A stretch of 64,000 bases of DNA from a virus. Under the pieces are notes generated by a model. The model made no database searches and was not told the DNA's origin. It saw only the letters and a list, made by a program, of their open reading frames with translations. How positions within the stretch are numbered: position 1 is the stretch's first letter; each line of letters starts with the position of its first letter. This document shows positions 1 to 7,975 of this stretch, piece after piece. The position numbers and the translations under genes are program-made. Location of the stretch: positions 1-64,000 of IMG/VR virus record IMGVR_UViG_3300005613_000026; one strand, given 5' to 3'.

Positions 1-1
1 T

Positions 2-352
2 TTCTCTGCCATACTTATCTACAGCTATAGTATAAAATCCACCATATACTCCCAATTTCTCAATAGCCCATTTCGCTTCGGTTGCTTGACACTTAACATC
101 TATATCAAAACTATAACACGAAAAATCTTTGCCGCCATCCCCCAAAGAACTAATTGATTTATCTATAGAACCATCAAAGAACGTTTTTGAAAATGCTTTT
201 TCACCGACACATCCTAAAAATGTATTGTAATCTACAAATCCTTTCCTATATGCATTCTCTACCCACTGATCTCTTTTATCTCTTCCAGGCATAGAAGCAA
301 TAGTCTTACATTCTTCCACATCTTGTTCATCTAATCTTACCACATGTTCCAT
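2..352 (-). CDS. Partial ORF (runs off window start), putative PD-(D/E)XK nuclease-fold protein
   Basis: Manual translation from ATG at 352: MEHVVRLDEQDVEECKTIA...LGCVGEKAF...GDGGKDF...IDVKCQ. The GE...D...(D/E)xK pattern is typical of restriction-like nucleases. A promoter lies at 360-388. Confidence 0.5.
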   Translation of the reverse strand, partial: MEHVVRLDEQDVEECKTIASMPGRDKRDQWVENAYRKGFVDYNTFLGCVGEKAFSKTFFDGSIDKSISSLGDGGKDFSCYSFDIDVKCQATEAKWAIEKLGVYGGFYTIAVDKYGRE

Positions 353-359
353 CTAACAT

Positions 360-388
360 ATCCTACCATAAAATTAATCACTTTTCAA
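360..388 (-). promoter_or_regulatory. Class-1 sigma70-like promoter TTGAAA(AGTGA)-N17-TAGGAT
   Basis: Minus strand reads TTGAAA AGTGATTAATTTTATGG TAGGAT. The same TTGAAAAGTGA element recurs at 6433-6461, 12804-12832 and 31985-32013. Confidence 0.7.
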
Positions 389-391
389 TCA

Positions 392-646
392 TTAATTTGA
401 AAAATATTTCATCAATATATTCGTAAGAATATCAGAATCTAAAGGGCCGATATTTTCAACGATAGTCTTATTATTCTCCATGAATTGCAAATGAGGCAAT
501 TGATCTACCTTTTCTTCATCACATAAATCTTGAGTTTCATCAGAAAAAGCATCTATATATTCTATATCAATACTATACTTTGAAAGAAGAACAAATGCTT
601 TTAAACAATCACGACAACGAGAACTCCCAAAAAATCTAACTTTCAT
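392..646 (-). CDS. Glutaredoxin/thioredoxin-like protein
   Basis: 84 aa with CRDC after the first strand and a VDQLP cis-Pro-type motif. Confidence 0.7.
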   Translation of the reverse strand: MKVRFFGSSRCRDCLKAFVLLSKYSIDIEYIDAFSDETQDLCDEEKVDQLPHLQFMENNKTIVENIGPLDSDILTNILMKYFSN

Positions 647-1001
647 CCTCTATGTCCTTTTTATACTGATTCCATATCATTTGTCGATAAGGATATTTAT
701 CCAGTTGCTGATGCTGATTCTCTATTTGATCAAAACTAGCTTTCTTAAAATAGTCTTTTTGAGCCCCACTCTTATCAATTTTAACGTGGAGATTCTTTTC
801 TTTCCCTATCATCATATCACAAAATTGCTCATGTATTTCTTTAGGAGTTCCTTTAGGTATGCCAAAATCCGAAGATTTTGCTACCAGAGTTATTTCCTCT
901 TCTTTCTCTTTGTGAAAAATTTTAATAAAGAAAACATCCTCTTCCTCACTGTATCTCATATCTATAATCTTAACGGGAATTGGTTTTGATTTATTCATCA
1001 T
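636..1001 (-). CDS. Hypothetical protein
   Basis: 121-aa ORF overlapping both neighbours in operon fashion. Confidence 0.6.
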   Translation of the reverse strand: MMNKSKPIPVKIIDMRYSEEEDVFFIKIFHKEKEEEITLVAKSSDFGIPKGTPKEIHEQFCDMMIGKEKNLHVKIDKSGAQKDYFKKASFDQIENQHQQLDKYPYRQMIWNQYKKDIEDES

Positions 1002-1750
1002 ACATCTTTCTTAAAATGTTCTTTTAATACCGTAATCATAGCATCAATTGCCATAACTTTATCCATATGACTATTATACATTTTAATACCTGCTATTCCA
1101 GCTAAAACATTATCTGGCATATTATACAATAAGACATGATCATGAGGAGTTCTATAGGAGCCTTCTTCTCCGTCATGTATATTCTTATTAGAAATTCCTA
1201 TTCTTTTCTCGATATCAACCAAAGAATTCCACCATAAATCTATATCTTGAGAAGTAACTATTTTTTTATTCAAAGTGCTAACTAGATTACATTGAGGTCT
1301 AAAATCAGCTCTATTATCATTTTTGTATTGCTCTTTCAACCTGTTGTATCTTTCGCTAAAATCCTCTGTAGGCGTTATCCCGTATATACGACAATTAAAT
1401 GGTCTAACATTATGGACAGTACATTGTTTCTTTTTTTTGTCAAAAAAGACACATCCTTTAGAAGGAGAAGTATTAACAGCATTCAACATACATCTTCTAA
1501 ACAACTCACAAACCTGATCGTCAGAAAATTCTTTCACAACGTGTTTCCACATTAATAAAAATTCAGAATAAAGTTGTTGAGGAGTTTGAGTTTTGCAACA
1601 CCAAGCTCCGCAACAAGCATTATCCTCTAAATTTTCTATACAACCCGTTGTTTCAGGGATTTTATTATAAACATTGTATAATGAAGAAAACTGCATATAT
1701 ACCTTATCGCTGTTTACTCTGATTCTTCGATAAAATTCAAAATCTTTCAT
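998..1750 (-). CDS. YkgJ/FliB-like CxxCxxCC cysteine-cluster (Zn or Fe-S) protein
   Basis: C...CCGAWCC, GCVFFD and CTVHNVRPFNCRIYG motifs. Confidence 0.75.
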   Translation of the reverse strand: MKDFEFYRRIRVNSDKVYMQFSSLYNVYNKIPETTGCIENLEDNACCGAWCCKTQTPQQLYSEFLLMWKHVVKEFSDDQVCELFRRCMLNAVNTSPSKGCVFFDKKKKQCTVHNVRPFNCRIYGITPTEDFSERYNRLKEQYKNDNRADFRPQCNLVSTLNKKIVTSQDIDLWWNSLVDIEKRIGISNKNIHDGEEGSYRTPHDHVLLYNMPDNVLAGIAGIKMYNSHMDKVMAIDAMITVLKEHFKKDV

Positions 1751-1758
1751 TTACATCC

Positions 1759-2391
1759 CTATACTGAATCAAAAGCTCCTTCAACTTCTTCTTTTGATGG
1801 TACCGTCTCATCAATAGGACCTTCTTCATCTTCTTTCTTAGAAAAAGAAAATGACACAGTAGTTTTTGGAGGTGTCCTTTCTATGCTCTTAGGACCATCA
1901 TCTGGAAAGTATTTTTCAAGATTACCATTTTTGTTCCATGTGTCAAGAAGTTTTTTTGCGGGCTTCTTACGAATAACTCTTTCAACAACTTCTTCTACAA
2001 CTCCATCAACAGTTTCTCCATCTTCTTCTGCTTGTTCTATAGCTTTAATGAATCCTTCTTCATCAACAATCCCCCACGAAGAAGACTGATTTCTAGTAAC
2101 TACCTTACAAGTCCCAGGAAAATCTACACTTTTCTCTTTATGTTCCTTAAGAGTTTGAATAACAACTCTCTTAAAGAAATCAATCTTGCTTGAAAGAGAA
2201 TTTATTTTAGAATCAATATCCTGTTGTTTCTTTTTCTTGTATCCCTTCAGAAAATCTATCTCAGATTGTAATTTCTGGATACTAAGAGCTACATCCTCGA
2301 TAGAATATAAATCATCTAAGCTCTTGACTTCCCCATGAGCAAGCATATCATACAATTCTTGCTTATGAAAAATTTGTTCATAATCAGACAT
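1759..2391 (-). CDS. Gam/Gp157-like coiled-coil DNA-end-protection protein (putative)
   Basis: Long N-terminal coiled coil followed by KSVDFPGTCKVVTR and VIRKKPAKK, resembling the layout of Mu Gam/Gp157. Confidence 0.5.
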   Translation of the reverse strand: MSDYEQIFHKQELYDMLAHGEVKSLDDLYSIEDVALSIQKLQSEIDFLKGYKKKKQQDIDSKINSLSSKIDFFKRVVIQTLKEHKEKSVDFPGTCKVVTRNQSSSWGIVDEEGFIKAIEQAEEDGETVDGVVEEVVERVIRKKPAKKLLDTWNKNGNLEKYFPDDGPKSIERTPPKTTVSFSFSKKEDEEGPIDETVPSKEEVEGAFDSV

Positions 2392-2408
2392 CTTATCACC
2401 TCATCAAA

Positions 2409-2759
2409 TTAATCAATTATATTATTACTTCTATCTACCTTAACAAGTTCAAGATTAATTCCTGATCTCTTGTTTTCTCCAAAATCTATAACAACGAAAC
2501 TGGGATCTACCAAAAATTGTTCTCCTCTCTTTGATAGTTCTCCCTTGGTCATAATACAAGCTTTAAGAGCTCGGTATGAAGCCGATTTACCTACTGCCCT
2601 AAATTTTGCCTTACCATGTTTTAAAAAAGTCTGCACACCAGCGTTTGTTAACTTTTTCATCTCAGCACTTTCTTCTTCTTTAGTAAAATCAATGCGACCA
2701 GCACTGACTAGAAGCAAAGTTGGATCTGATTCAATGTTATCTTTTTCATCTTTTATCAT
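2409..2759 (-). CDS. spoVS: SpoVS-like (Alba-fold) nucleic-acid-binding protein
   Basis: LLVSA...FRAVGKSASYRALKA...KGEL...VDPSFVVIDFGENKRSGINL aligns by eye with SpoVS (LKVSA...QAIGAGALNQAVKA...IPAFTDIQIDGEERTAI). Confidence 0.75.
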   Translation of the reverse strand: MIKDEKDNIESDPTLLLVSAGRIDFTKEEESAEMKKLTNAGVQTFLKHGKAKFRAVGKSASYRALKACIMTKGELSKRGEQFLVDPSFVVIDFGENKRSGINLELVKVDRSNNIID

Positions 2760-2825
2760 AACTCTATTCTCCTAATCTATTATATCATCATATAATATAA
2801 TAATCGAAATAAAACTTATTTTTCT

Positions 2826-3839
2826 TTATAATAAATCTTTATAAAAGTATTTTCTCATCTTATTGAGATTATCCTTTTTCCAGACTCCAGATGCTCTACA
2901 AATTTTTCTAAAATCACAATTCAAACACTCATAACTATCAAAACTGGATGGGCGAGGTGGAGGGAGCTTTTTACCATTTTGAGCAAAATCCATCATAGTC
3001 ATTGCTTGCCATTTTATTATATCCCACCATTTGTCATTTCTGGGGACCATATGCCAACTAATCTCAGAATTATCTTTATTCTCATACATCAAGATCCCAT
3101 ATTCACAATCTAAGATATGAGCATAAATTGTTAACTGTATCATATATTCCTTATGAGGCCCGTATCTCTTTAACTTAGAAGTCCACTGACGACTATTTAT
3201 AGTTTTGAAATCTCCCACAACTCTTTTATCACCTAGAGGCAAATATTTCTTGTTAAATGTAACAGAAACATCCTTGAATTTATCTGGATCAAGCTTCTCA
3301 CAATTATAAACCACGTCTGCATGTCCTTTCATATTCAACTCTGGAGCCTCTACTGACGTTTCATAATACTCAAAATCAGTACAACCACAAGCACATTTCT
3401 TAGGTTTAAATATAGGCTTGTTATTACCATACATCCTGGTTTTATTAGAATGATACAGTGATCTTAACTCTTCTTTATTAATATGTTTCTGATTACCATT
3501 CTCATCAAAAAGATAACATAACGGATTCTTACATTTCCATCTACCTAAAAGTATCTCTCCAATCTGGTCAAAATAATTAACCCATCTTTCGTGCATATTA
3601 TGACCTTTATCAAATAATCTCAATAATTTACTATCAAAAGATGAGAATTCTGATTTAATATATCCTAAGTGCACATAGTGTTTATACTGCTGAGACCTAA
3701 GACACTTACCCCATTCTGAGGGATGATAACTAGCATAACTTCTGTCATCCCTTTGTTGATAATGCTTCCATCTTCTAAAAGTGTCTATCACTCCTATCAT
3801 CGAAGATACTTCTTTAGGTGTGTATTCTTCATACGACAT
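2826..3839 (-). CDS. Cas4/RecB-like PD-(D/E)XK exonuclease with Fe-S cysteines
   Basis: HPSEWGKC, GHAD, DFKT, QLTIY and C-terminal CLNCDFRKIC motifs. Confidence 0.8.
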   Translation of the reverse strand: MSYEEYTPKEVSSMIGVIDTFRRWKHYQQRDDRSYASYHPSEWGKCLRSQQYKHYVHLGYIKSEFSSFDSKLLRLFDKGHNMHERWVNYFDQIGEILLGRWKCKNPLCYLFDENGNQKHINKEELRSLYHSNKTRMYGNNKPIFKPKKCACGCTDFEYYETSVEAPELNMKGHADVVYNCEKLDPDKFKDVSVTFNKKYLPLGDKRVVGDFKTINSRQWTSKLKRYGPHKEYMIQLTIYAHILDCEYGILMYENKDNSEISWHMVPRNDKWWDIIKWQAMTMMDFAQNGKKLPPPRPSSFDSYECLNCDFRKICRASGVWKKDNLNKMRKYFYKDLL

Positions 3840-3843
3840 ATTA

Positions 3844-4554
3844 TTACCTCATTTTCAACATTTCATTATCTTCTTTGGATGCTACTAACAATTTCATCAA
3901 AGCCTTTGACCCTTTTTCTAGAATAAAATCATTCGGATCTTTATTAACAGGTAAAGAGACAGAAAAAAAGCTAATTAAATAAGAACTTAAATTGTACTGC
4001 TTGTACATATCTAATGCTCTTTTAGTGGCTCTTCGACCAGCTTCATCCCCATCAAATAATAAATAAAAATCGGAACAATATTTAGCTAAAATAGCTATTT
4101 GCAATAAAGACAAAGCACTTCCACAAACACCTACCGTCATAGTATAATTATTAGAATGGAGGGAAGCCACATCAAACTCCCCCTCCACTAAAATAACCTT
4201 ATTCTTCCTAATAATCTCGTTCTTAGAATAACACAATCCATATAGATATGAGCTCTTGTTAAAAGCTTCGTGCCAAAATCTATGAGAATTATTCTTGTCC
4301 AAATGACGAGTAGAAACAGCTATCAATTTTTTATATTCATCATAGATAGGTGTTATAAGTCTACCTCTTAATTGATGATTTATATTTAATGGGCAATATC
4401 CCATTTCAAATTTTTTAACCGTTTCTTTTGTGAACCCTCTTACATTAAGCAGATAATCTAAAGCCTGTTTACCTTCAGATCCCCATAAACTCCTTTTAGC
4501 TGCTTGAACAATTCGAGTTCTTTCTACTTCAGAAAATTTATCCTTTATTTCCAT
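3844..4554 (-). CDS. dnaG: DnaG-type primase catalytic core (TOPRIM), lacking the zinc-binding domain
   Basis: YLLNVRG, GRLITPI, YLYGL, ILVEGEFDV, LFDGDEAG and KDPND motifs; no CHC2 motif. Confidence 0.9.
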   Translation of the reverse strand: MEIKDKFSEVERTRIVQAAKRSLWGSEGKQALDYLLNVRGFTKETVKKFEMGYCPLNINHQLRGRLITPIYDEYKKLIAVSTRHLDKNNSHRFWHEAFNKSSYLYGLCYSKNEIIRKNKVILVEGEFDVASLHSNNYTMTVGVCGSALSLLQIAILAKYCSDFYLLFDGDEAGRRATKRALDMYKQYNLSSYLISFFSVSLPVNKDPNDFILEKGSKALMKLLVASKEDNEMLKMR

Positions 4555-5710
4555 CTTTCTTCAACCCTAATTCATATTGCATAAGCTCAGGAGGAAGAAT
4601 AACATCTTTTTCAACAGCCTTATCTTTAATATCTCTAATTAATGTATCCAGCAATTTGTTAGTTTTTATATAGCTGATGAAATCAGGGCGATTTAATCTA
4701 TCTTCCATATCTCCCCATTTATATTCTCCTTTTAATATATTAATAATTCTAAGCTGTCTACCAGTGTCAAAAGCAATATCTTCTATATCTGGAAAATAAG
4801 GTTCATAATAAATAGGAACATCTATAGCATCCGTATATGGTTTAGCAAATCTATTCTTTACTATTTTTACCATCGAATGTCTCCCTATTAAGATAGGTTC
4901 GCCCGTATCGGGATCAGAAATATGAATATCTGCATCTTTACTTTTTCGTTTTGTTACTTTAAGTCTAAGAGATGCATTGTGCTTAAGAGAATGACCACCA
5001 GGACTTGTATCCTTATCTCCATAAGTAACACTAAGATTTTCTCTTAATTGATTAATAAAAACTAATAAAGATCCATTCTTCTCAGCATGACCTACTAATT
5101 TACCTAAATTATTACTCAACAATCTAGGGAGTAATCCCATAAATTGCTGTTCTGATTTAGCTTCAAATAATGCTTTAGGAACAAGATTAGCAACTGAATC
5201 AAGGACAATAATTTTAATGCCGCTTTTCATCATTTTAATCATATAATCCATAACATCCTCTGCATAAAGATCTTTGTCAGGATCTTCATGGTTAATCATA
5301 TTAGAATAAGCTAAATTATTAGGATCACAACCATTTATATACGCAAGATTTTCTTGAAAAGAATGTTCACAATCGATCCAACCAACAGGAAGCCCCATCT
5401 TTTGCGCATAACCTGCTATTCGATATGCAAGTGAAGATTTGCCACTTCCTTCTTCTCCAAAAATTTCAACCAACTTGCCCAAGGGTATGCCAAGTGTAAT
5501 ACTTGGATCATACCCATCGAGCTTACTTAAGTCGGTTCTGGAAGCGTCTTGTCCATACTGAATAGCAAAATCTAATTTAAAATGACCTGTAGGAACATTA
5601 TCTTTACTACCTTCAACAGCTCCTTGTCTACAAAATCCTTTTAAATTTGTCCATACTACATCATTGCTGCTTTTTCTAGATTTTTGTGTTTTTTTTGATT
5701 TTGCCATCAT
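4538..5710 (-). CDS. recA: RecA-like recombinase
   Basis: GIPLGKLVEIFGEEGSGKS, WIDCEH, VLDSVANL, FINQLR, PGGHSLK and KNRFAKP motifs. Confidence 0.93.
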   Translation of the reverse strand: MMAKSKKTQKSRKSSNDVVWTNLKGFCRQGAVEGSKDNVPTGHFKLDFAIQYGQDASRTDLSKLDGYDPSITLGIPLGKLVEIFGEEGSGKSSLAYRIAGYAQKMGLPVGWIDCEHSFQENLAYINGCDPNNLAYSNMINHEDPDKDLYAEDVMDYMIKMMKSGIKIIVLDSVANLVPKALFEAKSEQQFMGLLPRLLSNNLGKLVGHAEKNGSLLVFINQLRENLSVTYGDKDTSPGGHSLKHNASLRLKVTKRKSKDADIHISDPDTGEPILIGRHSMVKIVKNRFAKPYTDAIDVPIYYEPYFPDIEDIAFDTGRQLRIINILKGEYKWGDMEDRLNRPDFISYIKTNKLLDTLIRDIKDKAVEKDVILPPELMQYELGLKKDGNKG

Positions 5711-5719
5711 TTTCTCCTA

Positions 5720-6394
5720 TTACCAATTAAAATCATTACTCTCTTCACCACTACCTGTCGAGGCTGCAGCTGGCTCTGAAGAAGATATTTCATTTGTAGG
5801 AGAACTTTGAGCATCATCATCCTCAAAGGGTCCAAATAACTTCTTTTCTATTTCTTCAGGACTATCAATTCTGTAAATCTTGCCAAGACGCTCTCTATCA
5901 CCATCCATAACAGCCGAAAATGCTTCCAGCTCTTCTTGGGTCAAAGGAGTATCTTTTAAATAAGTTGCAGAATACTCTGTCTTGAGACCAGAACCTGTAA
6001 TTTTAATCTGCCAATCTCCACCGTCTTTATTGCCTCCAGGTTTCTGTCCTGTCGCTTCAAAACGGTCCCTGAAATGTTTAAAAACAGATACAGGTGCTTC
6101 CATAACTTTAATCTTGTTGCCATCGTTACGATCTATCACAAAAATAGCATAACGATTAGCAGGTTTCCTAAGCCCTGGATGCTCTGCTGCTACAGGGCAA
6201 TCTGTCGGATCTCCCGTTAAGGCTGTCCTAAGTTTACCATCTTCTCCTCTGTGAAAATACTTATAAAAATGCACAGGTTTGTGAAGAGGTCTTATTTTAT
6301 AGGTATTACCACTTTTCAACCTCAAGAAATCCAAATTACCTCCGTTACCAGAGGGTTTCGGTGCAACGTCTGACCAATCAACATATTCACTCAT
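5720..6394 (-). CDS. Single-stranded DNA-binding protein (gp32-like phage SSB)
   Basis: Likely start MSEYVDW at 6394 (AGGAG SD; the ORF-track extension overlaps a promoter). Has FLRLKSG..KIR, DCP, YAIFVIDR, ITGSGLKTEY motifs and an acidic tail ending DFNW; adjacent to recA. Confidence 0.75.
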   Translation of the reverse strand: MSEYVDWSDVAPKPSGNGGNLDFLRLKSGNTYKIRPLHKPVHFYKYFHRGEDGKLRTALTGDPTDCPVAAEHPGLRKPANRYAIFVIDRNDGNKIKVMEAPVSVFKHFRDRFEATGQKPGGNKDGGDWQIKITGSGLKTEYSATYLKDTPLTQEELEAFSAVMDGDRERLGKIYRIDSPEEIEKKLFGPFEDDDAQSSPTNEISSSEPAAASTGSGEESNDFNW

Positions 6395-6432
6395 CTTAAA
6401 AACTCCTAATAAAAAAATAAGGTTACCAAATA

Positions 6433-6461
6433 ATATTACATTAAAAACTTTCACTTTTCAA
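6433..6461 (-). promoter_or_regulatory. Class-1 promoter TTGAAA-N17-TAATAT upstream of ssb-recA-dnaG
   Basis: Minus strand reads TTGAAA AGTGAAAGTTTTTAATG TAATAT. Confidence 0.7.
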
Positions 6462-6462
6462 G

Positions 6463-7641
6463 TTAAAAATCGGACCAATCTAAAATTCCAATTTTTTCTT
6501 TTTTACTAGCTACTACACCCTTCGGTGCTGAATCAAAATCTTTCATAGAGGCTTTTTCATATGATGTATTACTATGATCTATCGGAGAATCTTGCTCATC
6601 AACTGTAGGTTGACTATACCTTTCAGCAGGTCTCATCTCCATACAAATCGTTACTTTCCTACTAAGAGTATCATACGCTGCCTCTAATGTCTTTTCTACT
6701 TTATGACAATTATCATAAAGAGACCTAAGTTTGTGATAGTACCATTCTATGTCCCTCATATGCTCCAGAACAAGACCTTCTTGTTTAAGAACAGGTTTTA
6801 AATACTCTATTCTTGCCAGATGACCTCTTAGCATTTCTATCCATCTTCCCCATAGGAAATATTGATTTGTGCAATCCATAGAAATTTGTTTCAATCTTTC
6901 TCTATGCCCTTGAACTTCTTCCATCTGTCTTAGAACAATCTTTTTATCAAAAGTTGTTCCGCTAATATCTACAAAAGCAGACCTAAGTTCATCATCTAAC
7001 CTATCAAAATCTAATTGCTTTTTTGTCATATCTTCTACAAGTTCTCTTTTCTTTTCATAAAATCCCTTATATAAAGGCACAGGAGCTTTTAGCATCCAAC
7101 TTACTTTACCGTTAAACATTTTAACTTCTGTCCCCTTATATTCTTCATATGAGACTTCTACTTCTTCTTCTAATTCTTCTTCAGGTTCAGGTTCAGGTTC
7201 AGGTTCAGGCTCTGGTATACCATCAAATTCTTCGAACATATCATCTGTAACATTTTCCGCTTCTTCAACAACTTCTTGGGGCTTCGCACACATTTGTCTT
7301 ACCACATCATGGGTGTCTTCCTTAGATTCTTCCTTAGATTCTTCCTTAGATTCTTCCTTAGATTCTTCCTTAGATTCTTCCTTAGATTCTTCCTTAGATT
7401 CTTCCTTAGATTCTTCCTTAGGTTCTTCCTTAGGTGGATCTAATTCTGCTCCAGAATCTACATCACTAATTGTTTTAACGACATCTTCTGTAGCCTCTTC
7501 AAAAGTTTTATCAGAAGCTGTGCTATTCCCGTATTCTTCTGCAACATCTGAATCTTCATCTTCAAGAATATCATCAATCAAATTAAAAGATTCTGCAAAA
7601 GAATCCAATGCCTCTTGTCTATCATCTACCATACCAATCAC
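6463..7641 (-). CDS. Acidic low-complexity N-terminus plus helical C-terminal domain; possible UvsY-like recombination mediator
   Basis: KEES and PE repeats; helical region ending ...DTLSRKVT; located next to ssb and recA. Confidence 0.4.
   Translation of the reverse strand: MIGMVDDRQEALDSFAESFNLIDDILEDEDSDVAEEYGNSTASDKTFEEATEDVVKTISDVDSGAELDPPKEEPKEESKEESKEESKEESKEESKEESKEESKEESKEDTHDVVRQMCAKPQEVVEEAENVTDDMFEEFDGIPEPEPEPEPEPEEELEEEVEVSYEEYKGTEVKMFNGKVSWMLKAPVPLYKGFYEKKRELVEDMTKKQLDFDRLDDELRSAFVDISGTTFDKKIVLRQMEEVQGHRERLKQISMDCTNQYFLWGRWIEMLRGHLARIEYLKPVLKQEGLVLEHMRDIEWYYHKLRSLYDNCHKVEKTLEAAYDTLSRKVTICMEMRPAERYSQPTVDEQDSPIDHSNTSYEKASMKDFDSAPKGVVASKKEKIGILDWSDF
7180..7209. repeat. 6-bp tandem repeat (ttcagg)x5 encoding PE repeats
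   Basis: Direct reading of the sequence. Confidence 0.85.
7316..7435. repeat. 12-bp tandem repeat, 8x tcttccttagat + 2x tcttccttaggt, encoding SKEE/PKEE
   Basis: Direct reading; the units are identical at nucleotide level and in frame. Confidence 0.95.
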
Positions 7642-7644
7642 CTA

Positions 7645-7926
7645 TCAAAAATCTAAGTCTATACTATCAGAGGAATGAGTCTCTGGTTTGCTATTTGTCC
7701 TTACTGCACCAATACATCTATTTACTCCATATTTGGCAACAGCTGCATTGTATGTTTTTTCAACATCTTCAAAGAATCTTTCCCTAAATTCATCCATCTT
7801 AAATATTCTTTCTTGCTCTGTTTCCCATTCCAAAACTTCTTCTTCTTCAACAACTACATCTAATTGCTCGTAATCCGCTGTCTTTATTTTACGAACTACA
7901 CCTTTTTTAACAACCGTCTTTGCCAT
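7645..7926 (-). CDS. Hypothetical protein
   Basis: 93 aa with an AAGGAG SD and an upstream TATAAT; ends SIDLDF. Confidence 0.7.
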   Translation of the reverse strand: MAKTVVKKGVVRKIKTADYEQLDVVVEEEEVLEWETEQERIFKMDEFRERFFEDVEKTYNAAVAKYGVNRCIGAVRTNSKPETHSSDSIDLDF

Positions 7927-7975
7927 CTTAATTCTCCTTTATATTATACATAGTAATAACCACTTTGAAAGCAAA

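Noticed and set aside
7316-7435. Possible CRISPR array, given the Cas4-like gene at 2826-3839
   Set aside because: The 12-bp units are head-to-tail with no spacers and lie in frame within a CDS. Stand-alone Cas4-like nucleases are common in phage replication modules, and no other cas genes are seen.
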